A stretch of 64,000 bases of DNA. Source: Lama glama. Taxonomy: Eukaryota. The position numbers were made by a program, and so were the translations under genes. The stretch is taken from the NCBI GenBank assembly GCA_028534125.1, contig CM052817.1, positions 104,100,001-104,164,000 on the forward strand, in the 5' to 3' direction. Within the stretch, counting starts at the first letter, position 1. Each line of letters opens with the position of its first letter. This document shows, piece after piece, positions 1-13,743 of the stretch. The notes beneath the pieces were generated by a model. The model made no database searches and had not been told where the DNA came from. It saw nothing but the letters and a program-made list of their open reading frames with translations.

Positions 1-629
1 CACACGTGGCTTGCTTGCTTTATTAACAGGAGCATCATAGGGTCTCTCTATATAGGTGATATTGTATAAATAATAGTGTTCGGCTGTTTCTCAGTATTTT
101 CAAACTTTTAGCGTCTCATGTTTATATATTTGACTTTATCTTAAAGGTTATTTATCAACCCCACCCCGCCCCCCAGTAAGGTACTTGAGGTAGAGTTATT
201 CCTTCTACGAACTGCTTTGGAAAGTTTTCCTTTAGTTTATAATAATGAGGGTAGTTTCTAAGTAGAGAAGCAGAGCATAGGATATGTTACAAATTAACCG
301 ATTCGTTTTGGAAGGCTAAGGTGGTTTGAACTACTGCTTCGGTGATTGAGGGTTAGTACAATGTTTGTGTGTCTCTGTGTGTATCTCTGTGTGTGTGTTT
401 GTATAAGGAATCAAATCATAATTTTTGCCTGTGTGCTCTCAAATTCTCTGGAAAGGAAAGGGTGAACAAGTTTTTTTCTAAAACATGTGACAAAACGTTT
501 TTAAAAATTAAGACACCAATTTAGCTAAATAATCTCCTCTGAGTTGGTCTGGTTCCCGTTGTTTATTTTACTTATCTGACTCATCAGCACCTGAAATTAC
601 AACTTGATGTGCACACCTCTAGGTAAGTG

Positions 630-768
630 CCTGTTTATTGTTTTGTTTCTGTCTTCCTTGCATTCACATCAGAATATAAAACCTCCATAAGGGAAGGAAT
701 TTGCCTTCTTATTCATCATTGCAACCGCGGCCCTCAGAACAGTGCTTGGCAAATGCATGAATGAATGC
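630..768 (+). mobile_element. L2 LINE 3' end relic
   Basis: ctccataagggaaggaa...agaacagtgcttggca...tgaatgaatg resembles the L2 terminus. Confidence 0.6.
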
Positions 769-789
769 ATACGGTTAGAATCGTATGTG

Positions 790-1091
790 TTTTTGATGTC
801 TGTGAGTCTGTTTCTGGTCTATAACTTACCGCAGGGAAAAGGGGGTGGGAAGGGATAAATCGGGAGTTTGAGATTTGCAGATACTAACTACTATATATAA
901 AATAGATAAACAACATTTCTTTTGTATAGCATAGGGAACTATATTCAATATGTTGTCATAAACTATAATGAAAAAGAATATGAAAACAAATATACTATGT
1001 GTATGTATGACTGAACTATTATGCTGTACACCAGAAATTGACACATTGTAACTGACTATACCTCAACTGAAAAAAAAATTAAAAAAAAAAA
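790..1091 (+). mobile_element. L1 3' end with short 5' inversion
   Basis: L1 3'UTR plus poly-A at 826-1091, inverted piece at 790-825, TSD agaatc(g/c)tatgtg at 777-789 and 1092-1104. Confidence 0.9.
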
Positions 1092-1314
1092 AGAATCCTA
1101 TGTGCTAACTTCTGCCCAACAAAGTGTCCACAGTCAGGTTGTGAAAGATGAGAGCCAAGAACACCTGAAGAATTGGAAGATCACGAAAGGCGCCATTTAT
1201 AACAAGTGACATAAACACTTAATGGGATTAGTGGTTAGGGAATTGAGGATGACGGGAAGTAAAACTTGGGGTGATCTAGAAAGAAGTACTCTTGGTCTCC
1301 TTTTGCTGTTTTAG

Positions 1315-1804
1315 ACAAAAGCACAAAATGAAGTAATGTAGAAAACGTTTAGGCCAGCGCTTCATAGCAGCTCCAGTGGACGACGGAGGCCTGACGGGCT
1401 ACTTGGATGACCTTGGCAAAGGAGACGGAGCTGAGAACTTTCCAGTCAAATCCTCAAGCACAGCAAAGTTCAGAAATGGACTTGAGGGACCTCGGGTTCT
1501 CAGTGGTACTCAGTTCTTCTGAGCACGATTTCTTCCATCTGGGCCAAGTGCCCTATGGGGAATCCTGCTTCAGGGAAGGACTGTTGTTCACGACGTAGAA
1601 AGTTGATTCTGCTCTGCTTTTCAGTCTACAAATGTCATGGGTAAGCATAAAGCTCTGCCCAAGGTTGTCACCTTGTCACCATCCATAGAGGGCGTGGGTG
1701 GTTGTTTTCGTACTGTACTTTTGAACTTACAAGCAAGTGGACTTGCAGCCCATCTTTCAAAATCCACATGGAAGCATTTCTGTGATGTTTTCCTCCTTGG
1801 AATG
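1315..1804 (+). pseudogene. Relic exon
   Basis: Acceptor ttttgctgttttAG at 1313-1314. Frame 2 reads RKRLGQRFIAAPVDDGGLTGYLDDLGKGDG...WKHFCDVFLLGM with only two TGA stops between 1340 and 1804. Donor (GTCTTA) is weak. Confidence 0.6.
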
Positions 1805-1856
1805 GTCTTAGCTCCCCTGTGCATTGTTGTCTTCGGTGTTTTTGTTTTTTTTTTTT

Positions 1857-2330
1857 AATTGCTGCTCCAACAAATGATCGCACACTTACTGGCTGAAAAC
1901 AGCTTGCATTTATGATCTTACAGTTCTGGAGGTCGGAGGTCCAAAATGGGTCCTACTGGGCTAAAATCAAATGTCAGCGACATGTGTCTTCTGGAGCATC
2001 TAAGGGAATCTGTGTCCTTGTGTTTTTTCCAGTTTCTAAAGCACCCATATTCTTTGGCTCCAGGCTCTGTTCCCTCTTGAAACCCAGCAATGACCAGTCA
2101 AGCATCGTATCACTGTGACGCTGAGGCTTTGCCTCCCTCTTCCTGTTAAAGGACCCCTGTGATGATCCTGTTAAAGGGCCCATCCAGACGATCCAGACAA
2201 GGTTAGCTGATTAGCAGCTGTTACTCCACCATCACCTTAGATCCCCTTTGCCATGTAATGTAACATTTTTTATGGATTCTAGGGATTAAAACCCATACAT
2301 CTTTTGGAGACAGTTACTCTGCCTACCACA
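1857..2330 (-). mobile_element. MaLR solo LTR (MLT1D-like)
   Basis: Typical ttacagttctggaggtcggaggtccaaaatggg segment and ctgcctaccaca terminus. Confidence 0.85.
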
Positions 2331-2352
2331 TTATGCATTTTGTTTTATGAAG

Positions 2353-2824
2353 ATTTGGGCTTTTCTGAAAATGAATACATCTCTCGAAAAGGGACAATTC
2401 TACTTTCATGTCTGGTTGGATTGGCCTGAATCTAGGAAGAAAGAGCATCTGAACCCTGGTTCATTTCTGGTCAGTTCATTCTTTGAAGAGGACCAAGCTC
2501 AAGGTTGCTGGAGCAGGATGAGGTCAGAAATGTCACGGTCGCCTAATTTTTTCCAATTAGACTTCCTGCTCTTCAGAAGAAATACCCGTTCTCTTGTGAA
2601 AAAAGCAACCTCATTCTCTGTTACGCGTAACAAACCCATTTGCGGACTCACAAGTCTCAACTAGGACTTTCCGTGCAGTATTTTTTGGTACATTCCTTGC
2701 ACTTGGTGGGAACGTTTGAATAAGTGCTTTACATTTGCAAAAAACACAACACCCCAGGCACTTCCAAACTTTGTAGAAGATAAAGTTCATAACAAATCGT
2801 TTGAAATCATCATTATCTGTCCAA
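2353..2824 (+). pseudogene. Relic exon
   Basis: AG at 2351-2352 and GTGAAA at 2825. Frame 1 has one stop (TAG 2662) in 157 codons: IWAFLKMNTSLEKGQFYFHVWLDW...NKSFEIIIICP. Ends in phase 1, matching the exon at 2935. Confidence 0.72.
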
Positions 2825-2934
2825 GTGAAATTTCATAATAAGATTCATATTTTGGATCTCTGTGATAGACTCTAAATAAGAATTAATCTCTGTAATTAAC
2901 TTGTGGTGGAATTTCACTTTATAATTGTGTGCAG

Positions 2935-3700
2935 GTTACACCAACAGTTGCTTATTCTTTGCTGTTTTTGGAAGTAACTGTTCCATCACATTGTTTTATG
3001 AGGCAATAATACAGCGTCTAAGTGGAGAAACTCGGCACAAATAATTCATCCTATTGAATAACAAAGAGATTTTCATCAATAAGTCAGGAAATCAGATTAT
3101 TTTTCATGTGAGACAGGCCCAACTGAGACACTTATAACTACGATAAAAGCTGTGATTAATGATGCTTGACTGTCAGAAGTTTGAAAATTTAACATGAATT
3201 TATTAACTATCCAGAAATCTATAAGTTAATCCATTCTTCAAACAAGCTGTCTGAATTTCTTTACATCACTCATCCAACACCTACTACTCTTGGGGAGCTT
3301 CTATTTATCTGGCTTTAAGTATGTCCCAAACTAGGTAAATTTATGGTATTCCTGACCCAAAACATGAATTTTTACGACTGACTCAAATCTAAAAATAGTT
3401 GTTTTCACTGAAGGAGTCCTTGAAGCCGTTGCTAAGGAACCAGCTCTGGGAAATGAAGACAAAATATCAAGATCTCTTAGTGAAAAAAGGAGAAAAAATT
3501 CTGAAAAGCAGCTGTTTCTCAAGGCATCTGCTATGCAGTGATGAACTGTTTCAGGCCTGGTCCACCCCTCCCAGTTGTCTCGCCATGAAATCGTCTTCTC
3601 ACTCTGCCCTCTGAACCGTGCAGTCCTGGTTCTGGCGCTTCCCAAGATGTCACTGGTTAGATTTAACAACAATTCACTTTTCAAATGCGAAGATTTCAGA
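2935..3700 (+). pseudogene. Relic exon (3' end approximate)
   Basis: Acceptor gtgtgcAG at 2933-2934. Reads YTNSCLFFAVFGSNCSITLFYEAIIQRLSGE..., then after a frameshift HEFINYPEIYKLIHSSNKLSEFLYITHP... Confidence 0.65.
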
Positions 3701-6071
3701 GAGGTCTAGAGTCCTTAGGCCACACTAAACATGCCCTGTGCCTGACCTTGGCCTACAGGAAGTTAAATACCACGTTAGAAGATGAGAGATACAGGAAATG
3801 AGACAGTTCCACTAGTGTCTTGGCCCATGTTCATTGCCATGGATGATCAGAAAGAAGCATGGAGGCATTTGCTTGAGTCTCTAAAGAATCACATATAAGA
3901 ATTCATCTTGTCTTTGGAAAAAGGATTATTCACAATGCACAGTGGTTCAGCCAGAATTTTCTAAAGGCCTTGTAACGGACTTAACAATAGTTAGCTTGGT
4001 TAATAGCATTTTCGTTATAAGGACAATTTTTCTTTCTATTGGAGGACTTTCGTGGGATGCTAGAGGAACCCCAGCTTTGGGCAGGGGCTTACTTGGAAGT
4101 GATGCAGAGGCAACTCTGCTCACCTAAAGATTTTACAGGCTAAAAACCTACTGGGAAAGTGAAGTAGGAACATGGAAACTAGGAGAGGGGTGAAGATGTG
4201 GTAGAATGGGGAAGCGGTTAATTGAGAAGATGGCTGTCCATCATTAGCGGTGAAAACTCACTTAACCGGGACCTATGGAGAATGGGGTGTCCCTGAAGAG
4301 CCTGAATTATCTGCTGTCACTAGTCAAGTGGTGTTATTTTCACACTGACTCATTTCGGAATTATACTCAAGAACAGAGCAAAATCCAGTGAACTGACACC
4401 ATATCAGCCTCCCCCACTGGCAGTCACAGTTCCAGGACCTTTTGGTCCTCTGTTCAATAGGTGGCCCTAGTTAAATGCATATGCGTCTTCTTCACCTGGG
4501 TTCAGGATAATCCCAACTGCGTAGCTCTGATCATCAGGTATTTGGGTTGTAAGAAATGAAAAGAACCACGTACCAATTCTCAGAGCATGACTATTTTCTA
4601 ATATCTGAGTTGAATTTGGTTATTAAAAAAAAGACTAAACATGATTGTAGTTTTAATCAAACTTTTATCAGAGGCGAATAGTCTATAGGGTGTTCTTTTC
4701 TATATTTAGCTAAACTCTAGAATGACTTTTTAATTTGGTGTGTGTTCATTTGAGTAACTATATAGAATGACCAGCGTTATTCCTCAAGGTCACTAAAACG
4801 TTATTCCTCTACCACTTGGAAGAACAATGTGAAGAATTTTTATTTTTACCAAGTTGCCGTCTTACCTGCAGCTTACCTACCAGTTAGAATGATGAGCTCT
4901 GTGTTGCAACAAGGAGGGACACTCTTTAAAATTATCATTAAAATGACTAACCTGGGCGTGAAGTGCGCTGCCTGCAGGCAGGGCAGAAGGTAGTATGATT
5001 TGGTCTGGTAAGGTACAGACTTGTTAGCCTCATGGTGATGGTGAGAGAGGTTCTTTAGACAAGTTTCTTTACAGGGCTTTCCTTGCAAGTAGTTACCACA
5101 AGAGAGCTAAAAAGAAACTTGTATGACTGTTTTCCAAATGTAGCAGATACAATTTAACACCACTCGATCACACAGAGAAGGAGCCAATCGCTCTTGCAGA
5201 GACAGATTTCAGATCTTAAAATATAGAGGACAGGGAAAGATTCAAGAAGCCCTCATCCTTGGAGAATGCTTGTGGTGGGACCTGTTTGCCAAAGGAAGGG
5301 TCAGGAAGCCAAGGTTTCCTGCTGCTTCCATCAGAGGGGGGGTGTTTCCCCCCATTTCCCATTCCCACTTCAAGATAAACTCGCCAAGTGAACAACTGCA
5401 TGAAGCCAATTTCAGAAGCTTCCACAGAGAATAAAAGTATCAGGGTTATAGGGGCCTGTTACTCAAAACATCCCTTGTCAGTTAGGGTAGCAGATAGATT
5501 TCAGTTCTCCTGCTAACCCTCATGAATTGTTGGAGACTGCCTGGGGCACTGTCTTGACAGAGTATAGAAGGTCATGTTCAGGCTTGTCGAGGAAGGATGT
5601 GTGATTAGTTAGAGATACCCTTCATGGATGAGGGTGTAGAGAAAAAGGTGTATCACGAGTCACTCTATTATAACAGCTAGAGTTCAGGTAATAAATATGT
5701 CTATATCCTTAATTCCAAGGGTATATTTTATGTTGAAATGGATGGAGAAATGTTGGTGCTCTCAGTAGTCCAAAGATAAAAGGCTTAAAGGCTTAATCCA
5801 GAAATGGAGACCTTGATTTGCTAACTGGCCCTTCGATTCATGACACAGATTATACCTGATAATACAGGATAATTAACAAGCCTTTGTTGTTGGGGGAAGA
5901 GTGGAAAAAGATGCAGTGCCAAAGGGGTCATCTTTTGTCTAGAAATTCTAGTGGGTCTAAATCTAACTTAGCATCTCTATTTCCTAAAGGCTAGTAGAGT
6001 TCATGATATATGTTTTACATATTTTTGTTTTGCATTCGCAGTAGCTGTTAAATACACATACCTATTTACAG

Positions 6072-6500
6072 TGTTCTTTGAATCTCAGTTCTCTAGCATT
6101 GGTTTTCCATTCTGTGTGAAGCATCTTGGAATTTTTAGACAAGTCCACTGTCTACTTCTGCTCTGAATAAGCGACGCTCGCAGCAAGGAGGGACAGCCCC
6201 TCCTTCCAGATCTGTGTCTCTCTGATATGAATACCACAGTCGTTTCTGTCACTCCAACAGGTCCGCCGGACTTTCCCAGCCCCTTGCGGATGGGAGGAGG
6301 GAGACATTACACTACACATTGGGATACATTGCTTCTCATCTGTTTGGCTTTAGGAGTTCAGCTGGACTGCGTTAATGAACGTGAGGTTTTGGAAGATTTT
6401 TAAAGATCAATGCTTTCTACCTACGCCTGGGCATAGAAAGATTGGATAATGCCGTTTTCTGAGGTCACCTTACCAGAGAAGCTGAACTGTGAAGATGACT
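6072..6500 (+). pseudogene. Relic exon
   Basis: ctatttacAG acceptor and GTGTGT donor at 6501. One frame with three stops in about 142 codons: FFESQFSSIGFPFCVKHLGIF...HWDTLLLICLALGVQL...LPEKLNCEDD. Confidence 0.65.
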
Positions 6501-6883
6501 GTGTGTCCTTGGGCACACAGCATTCATGTGTGTGTTTAGTTGCATGTTATCTGGCTCTCTGAGTCTTTCTATGTGTTATCAATGAGCTAAGTTTCCCCAT
6601 TTTGTAAACTGTCACGTTCATCTTCCCATAGAACTTCATGCTTCCACAAAATCCTCAGATATGTTATCATTGACCAGATCAGGGAAATACATCTTTGCTT
6701 TAATACCCATTTCGTAGCTGAAGGCTTTAATTTCAGAGAAGCCAAGTGAGACGCTCCAGTGAGATCACTAAGAATAAAATTCTGACTTCTGTTCTGTTGT
6801 AATCCGTGCGATGGCTGAGTCTGTGCCTTGCCAACGTAGGATTTCAGAATACATTCTCTCTCTCTCTTTTTTTTTTTTTTAAG

Positions 6884-7070
6884 TCGGATTGCCCAGCAGT
6901 GAGGACCTTTGACTCTCTACGTGCCTGCACAGACTTTCTTCACTCTCACATGGTCTTAGTGATTTCTGAGTCTCTCAAAGAAGAGGCTGTGGCTCACAGG
7001 CTCAGGAAGAGTCTCCACGTGAATTCATGATGCTAGTGCCTTTTCTGCCCTGGCCTTTGGGAGATGGAGA
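6884..7070 (+). pseudogene. Possible relic exon
   Basis: Long pyrimidine tract plus AG at 6882-6883. Reads SDCPAVRTFDSLRACTDFLHSHMVLVISESLKEEAVAHRL. Donor is degenerate. Confidence 0.45.
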
Positions 7071-7223
7071 GGCGAGCTGAACAGCGGGGGACAATACTAT
7101 CTTGTCACTACCTTTCATTGTCACCAACACCCTGTGCTGCTCTGCCCACACCACTTCTCCCAGAGCGTGGTCATGTCCGTTCCTTAATTTACCCACACAC
7201 AAGGAGGATATGACTGCAAATTT

Positions 7224-9153
7224 CATTTTATTTTTTTCTTTTAAATTGATATATAACCAGTTTACACTGTGTCAATTTCTGGTGTACAGCATAATGTTCC
7301 AGTTATCCATATAAATACATGTATTTGTTTTCATACTCTTTTTCATTATAGGTTACTGTAAGGTATTGAATATAGTTCCCTGTGCTATACAGTATAAACA
7401 TGTTTATCTATTTTATATATATTAATTAGTATCTGCAAATCTCGAACTCCTGATTTATCCTTTCCTACCCCTTCTTCCCCCAGTAACTATAAGATTATTT
7501 ACTATGACTGTGAGTCTATTTCTGTTTTGTAAATGAGTTCATTTGTGTCTTCTTCTTTTTTTAGATTCCACTTATGAGTGGTATCATATGGTATTTTTGT
7601 TTCTCTTCATGGCTTACTTCACTTAAAATGATGATCTTCAGTTCCATTCATGTTGCTGCAAATGGCATTATTTTATTATTTTTATGGCTGCGTAGTATTC
7701 CGTTTTATAAATATACCACAGCTTGTTTATCCATTCATCTGTTGATGGAAATTTATGTTATTTCCATGTCTTAGCTACTGTATATAGTGCTGCTGTGAAC
7801 ACTGGGCTGCATGTATCTTTTCAAATTAGAGTTTTCTCTTGATACATGCTCAGGAGTGGTATTGCTGGATCATATGGTAAGTCTATTTTTAATTTTTTGT
7901 GGAATCTCCAAACTGTTTTCCCGAATGGCTGCACCAGACTACATTCCCTTTTCCACACACCCTCTCCAGCATTTACTGTTCATGGACTTTTGAATGATGG
8001 CCATTCCAACTGGTGTGAGGTGATACCTCATTGTAATTTTGATTTGCATTTCTCTGATAATACACAATATTGGGCATTTTTTCACATATCTATTGGCCAT
8101 TTGTATGTCTTCATTGGAGAATTGCTTGTTTAGGTCTTCTGCTGATTTTTGGATTGGGTTGTTTATTTTTTTGTTATTGAGTTGTGTGAGCTGTTTATAT
8201 ATTCTGGAAGTTAAACCTTTGTCAGTTGCATCATTTGGAAATATTTTCTCCCATTCCGCAGGTTGTCATTTTGTTTTGCTTATGGTTTCCTTTGCTGTGC
8301 AAAAGATTGTAAGTTTAATTAGGTCCCATTTGTTTCTTTTTCCTTTATTTCTGTTTCCTGGGTAGACTGCGCTAGGAGAGCATTGTTAAAATTTATGTCA
8401 GAGAATGTTTTACCTGTTTTCTTCTAGGAGGTTTATAGTGTCTTATATTTAAGTCTTTAAGCCATTTTGAGTTTAATTTTGTGTATGGTGTGAGTGAGTG
8501 TTCTAACTTCATTGATTTACATGTGGCTGTCCAGTTTTCCCAACACCACTTGCTGAAGAAACGGTCTTTTCTCCTTTGTATATCCTTGCATCCTTTGTTG
8601 AAGATTAATTGACCATAAATGTGTGAATTTATTTCTGAGTTCTTTATTCTGTTCCATTGATCCATATGTCTGTTTTTGTACCAATACCATGCAGTTTTGA
8701 TTACTGTAGCTCTGTAGTATTGTGTGAAGCCTGGGAGAGTTTTTCCTCCAGCTTCATTATTTTTCTTCAGTATTGCTTTGGCAATTCTAGGTCTTCTGTG
8801 ATCCCATATAAATTTTAGGATTATTTGTTCTAGTTCTGTGAAAAATGTGCTGGGTAATTTGATAGGGCTCACATTAAATCTGTAGATTGCCTTGGTCAGT
8901 GTGGCCATTTTAACAATATTGATTCTTCCCATCCAAGAGCATGGGATATCTTTTCATTTCTTTAAGTCATCTTTAATTTCCTTAATCAGTGTTTTGTAGT
9001 TCTCTGCATATGTCTTTCACTTCCTTGGTCAGATTTATTCCTAAGTATTTTATTTTTTTGGATGTAATTTTAAAAGGGGTTGTTCCTTTACTTTCTTTTT
9101 CTGATATTTAATTGTTAGTGTAGAGAAATGCAACTGATTTCTGTATGTCAAAC
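7224..9153 (-). mobile_element. 5'-truncated L1 (ORF2 3' part plus 3'UTR)
   Basis: ORF 8393-8932 is L1 ORF2 (GRINIVKMA...[13 protein letters not shown]). 15-bp TSD tatgactgcaaattt at 7209-7223 and 9154-9168. Confidence 0.95.
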
Positions 9154-9955
9154 TATGACTGCAAATTTTAATGTCTGTTCTTAAAGTGTAGGGAAAACCA
9201 GGAAAAGAAGTGCAAGGCAATGCTGACTTGTAGCTGTAGAGGTGGTTCCCCCAGACGATACCTATCTTCCAGCTGCTGGTCAGTTTTAAGGCTGCTTCTA
9301 CATCTAGCTTCTGGCGCAGCCCAAACCCACACCTGCTGCTAGTCCTGAGATCGTCCCTGGACTCAGAGCCTTGCCCCTACTTCTTAGGACTGAACCAGCC
9401 TCCAGGGTCAGGCCTTGCTCCTTGCTCCTTGCTCCTACTTCTGGATGTGACATCTAACTCTTCTTTGGCTCACTGACACTTTATCCCTCTTATGAGAATC
9501 ACATCAGTCCATGGGGACGATAACATTAGTCCATTTCCTAGAATGTCATTCGGTGAGTCTTAAGATTTGATAGTACAGGTTGGGCCCCCCAGACCCTTTC
9601 CTTTTGGATGTCTTTCGTTCAACAAATGTCTTTCTAATGATCTCAGCTGAAGTCTTAGGGGCCTCAGCTTAGGTCATTCAGGGAATAACTTCTCAACAAG
9701 CACATGCATATATGTTGCAAATGCAAAATGAGTGCAAAATTGAGAAAAACTTCTTCCAAGAATGTCTTCAGGTTAATGACTCTCTCCAGACACAATGGAG
9801 GATGGCTCTCTATATTTAGTTCTTTTTTTTGGAACTGAAGAGACTCATTCCCCAGACCCACCTGAAAGTGCAGCCCAAGCTAGTTATAACTTTAAAATGA
9901 GAGCTCTTCCACCATAGGTATGCCCTTCAAGGTCAGCATACAGCTAACCAAACAA

Positions 9956-9958
<3 letters not shown>

Positions 9959-9994
<36 letters not shown>

Positions 9995-10010
9995 TATATA
10001 TACACACACA
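9959..10010. repeat. (CA)n/(TA)n microsatellite
   Basis: Direct reading. Confidence 0.95.
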
Positions 10011-10489
10011 TCCTATAAAATGTATATATTCTTTTAAAAATTTAAAACAAGCATAGTTTTTTTGTTGTGGTTTCTTAACTCAGCTTAGACGTTCCTGATC
10101 TCTCTGGCTATCAATGATCTCTTCTCCCTTTGACATTGCCCACAGCCCTTTGACCTTCTCTTGTGTCACTAACTTCTTAAACCTCTGATACTGCTGTTTT
10201 TATACCACATTGTAAACCATGAGGATAGACACAAAATTTTTTTTTGACTCTGTGACTCTCTCCACACCACTCACTGTCTCTTGCTTTTGGTAAGAGTATC
10301 TCCATTTTTGGTGCATACATGTCTTTTTGTGTAACTGTTCCTTAAGAGTAAAGTCTTGCATTTTGTAAGACGGCTGCTTTAGAACAAATAGTGATAGACT
10401 CTCAAAGCTTCTGGCTGCTGCTGTAATGCTAGTAATCACTGGTACAGAGGTACTGAGACGAAGTTGTCATGTGTGTAAGAAGGTCAGAG

Positions 10490-10662
10490 GCAGATGTGAG
10501 CAGGTTACTTCACTCCCACCACGAGTGTTCTCAGCCGTGAAATGAGGATGCTAATGGTACCTTCTTAGTGGGTTGTAACGATCATCTGAAAGTATTTCAT
10601 GCAAAGCTTTTTGAACAGTGTCAGGTACACACGGTTCCTATTCAAGAAAGTTTAGCTATTGT
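10490..10662 (+). mobile_element. MIR SINE relic
   Basis: gtgaaatgaggatgctaatggtacc core and acagtgtcaggtacac tail. Confidence 0.65.
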
Positions 10663-11489
10663 TAATAACATTGCTTTGGCCGTCTGAAAGAATCAGATCT
10701 CTTTAAGTCAAGCCCCATTGGAAGAATGAGAAATACTAAAAACAGACACTCTCTAACAGAGGCTTCTCTGTCAACAACTTGTCATTTATTTAGTAAGTAA
10801 ATTTCAGATACTTGACAGTTTTGCGGTGTGTTCAACAGCCCATCAACAAAGGCTTAGCTTATATTGGGGCATTCTGGTTTCTAGGATTAAAAGAAAATAA
10901 AGGTTACAATTACAGAAAGAAAAGAAAAAATATCATGTGAGAGACTATTAAAAAAAAAAACGGAGACTAATAAACTAGATGAGAAAGAGCTTAATGTAAG
11001 GAAATGGCTCACGTGGTCCACGCAGTCCCTGATAGACACACACACACATCGCAGCCCCCCAACAGTTCACAGCTGCTGCTGGCGCCGTGCTGACTTGACC
11101 CCGAGAAGTCGGCCTTGGCTCTGTCCTCACTGCAGTGAGAAGCACCTGCAGCAACCTGGGGAGCATGGAAATGGCTGTAAATTTCAGAAATGACTGCCAG
11201 GGGCAAGTGTGCTTTCAAGTCCATTATCCTGTGCTCACTTCATGAGCACTGCCTCCAAACCAGCCTTCACGAAGTCCACTGCTGTCGCTTCTTCTGACCA
11301 ACTTCTTCTCATGTGTGTGTTTATTTTATTTGTTTGTTTTATTTGTAGCCTAAAGATTTTAGTTTCGTCACAGCCAGGGGAAATGTTCCCCCAGGGTTAT
11401 GGAAACAGTACGAATGATTAGATGTAAAACTGGAATTTACCCTTTCATCATTAATGCTGTACTTGCTTCCAAGTTCTCAAAAATAAGAT

Positions 11490-11730
11490 TTTGTTTTGTT
11501 TTGTTTGGGTTTGGTTTCCATTTTTTTTTAATTGAAGTGTAGTTGATTGACAATGCTGTGTTAGTTTCTGGTGTACAGCACAGTGATTCAGTTATGCATA
11601 TACATAAATGCTTATTCTTTTTCATCACAGGCTACTACAGGCTAATATAGTTCCCTGTGCTTCCAGTAGGACCTTGTTGTTTATCTGTTCTGTGTATAGT
11701 AGTTTGTACCCACCAATCGCAAACTCCCAA
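11490..11730 (-). mobile_element. L1 3' end fragment
   Basis: L1 3'UTR with T-rich tail; TSD tcaaaaataagat at 11477-11489 and 11731-11743. Confidence 0.9.
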
Positions 11731-12429
11731 TCAAAAATAAGATATTGAATGTTTCTTTTTTATGGTGATATATTTTTCCAGGTATATATATTTTGATATA
11801 TTCTGAAAAAGAAAAGAGGAGCTATTAATGTTAGATACTGGCTCAGTGAACCTCATAGCATTTGGCTGGGAAGTCTGAAATTTACAACCCTTTAATATTG
11901 TGAAAGGACGTTGATAGCTGAATTTTCCTTGCTGCTATTAAAAAAAGATCACTCTGTTGATGTTGCATGAAAGATATTACCATGTTTTTTTACATCACAT
12001 TTTGTTTGTCATGTTCTATTTTCATGATATCATAGAAATATGTTAACATAATTCTTTAAGTCTGATTTGTTATCCTTTTGACATTCTGGAGTTGCAGTTT
12101 AGGAAGTAAAAAAGTTGTCTATTAAGAAGAAGAAAAGTCTTCAGGGAAGTCCTGACAACTTTAAAGTTAGAAAATATATCAGATTAAGAGAAAGTAGATG
12201 CCAGTGGTAAAAACGATAATAATACTTAAGCAAAGCATGAGAGCTGTGAAATTTGAATTCAGTGGGAAGACAGACTTAAAATAGCAATATCTTTAAAGTA
12301 AACGTTGTCATATGGTTTAAATCTCAAAATAAAATTTTAGTTTTCTTTAGATATAACAATTTACTTAGACAACGAGTTTCTTTCATGTATTCCTCCGGAG
12401 CCGTACAAGACCTTAATATGACTCTTACT

Positions 12430-12581
12430 TTGTTTTTTTAATTTAAATTTTTTTAAACTTTTTGAGAGGGGAGGTAATTAGGTTTTTTCAAAATTTATTT
12501 TAATGGGGGCACTGGGGATTGAACCCAGGACCTCGTGCAGGCTAAGCACACGCTCTACCACTGAGCTGTACCCTCCCCGCA
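12430..12581 (-). mobile_element. tRNA-Ala-derived SINE (camelid Vic-1-like)
   Basis: Reverse strand has A box (agctcagtggtagag), B box (gggttcaatccc) and A-rich tail; TSD actcttact at 12421-12429 and 12582-12590. Confidence 0.9.
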
Positions 12582-12608
12582 ACTCTTACTGTTAATTCTC
12601 TTCCACAG

Positions 12609-13743
12609 AGATGTCTGAATGATTAGGAGAGTGATGTGTCAGAAGTCTGCCTTTGTGTTTCCAAGTGGTAGAATGGCATGATTTTGATATAGCTAGCCTG
12701 CATCACAATACTTCATTCTCCACACTTTTATTCTCTTCTGTGTCTCAGAGATTACATTCTGGGGTAATGACTGTACCAGGGAGATAACGGAACTTTAACA
12801 GTCCCAAGTAACTTTTTGCTGTGGGGCATGTATGTGGAGTGGGTAGGCACCAGATGCTGTACACAGCAAACAAGTGACTTTCATCTCAGAGTGAGAGCAG
12901 ATCTGTCCAACATTTCCTCAAAGGCAACCCAGTGGTGCCTCCATCTTCCTGGTTACTCAGGACTCCGCCCTGGGTTCTGGCCTTCTGTTGGCCACTGTGG
13001 TTTGTTGAATCATCACGTCACCCCTGGTTGAACCCTCTACTTCTTTCATTCCGTCCATGCTTACTACTAAGCTCTAAGATGCTGATGACTTAGTGTTCAG
13101 GGGTGATGCAGCAAATTACAACCTAAGGAAAAGAAATAATAAACACTACAATTTGATGTTAAATTCTGAGTATCTGGGAGAAAAGGAAAAAAACATGCCT
13201 TAAATTTTACAGGGGTCATCTCACAGAAATATTCCTTGTTTGATAGAAAACTCATGAAATTCTTGTCACTTTCCCTGGCAGAACACTTCACGTCTCCGTA
13301 CTGTGAGTCTTGCCTTCAATGCTCTGCCCAGAGATCAATCTGAGTGAAAGAAACAGAGCTGTTACAGTCCCTGCCCCAAGAGCCATCTATTCCCGGTCAT
13401 CATCATTAGCTACACAAAGACCAGGCAGAACTTTGAAATTACAGCTGTTTTCCTTTCTTTAATATGGTGCCAGATCAATATTTAAGCTCACTTTCCACCC
13501 CCACTACCTTTAAGGATTGAGGAAATCGTTAATGGCGTTGTACAGGAAATGGCACTGTGAGCCTCAGAAAAGAAAGAGTCTACTCTTGTAAAAAGGCTTG
13601 AGCCGCTCGCTGTAGAGACAGCCCGTTCCACAGGGAGAACGCAGGTGACCAGGAACAGCACTCCGAGCCACTGTCCCTCCTAAAGGCATAGACTCCGCGT
13701 TAACTGTTACCCATCATCTGATAACGTGACTTGGGGAAAGCAG
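12609..13743 (+). pseudogene. Large relic exon
   Basis: ttctcttccacAG acceptor and consensus CAG|GTAAGT donor at 13744. Protein-like segments in shifting frames, e.g. RSLPLCFQVVEWHDFDIASL and IEEIVNGVVQEMAL*ASEKKESTLVKRLEPLAVE. Confidence 0.55.

Noticed and set aside
8393..8932. 179-aa ORF as a host gene
   Set aside because: It is L1 ORF2 inside a truncated, TSD-flanked L1.
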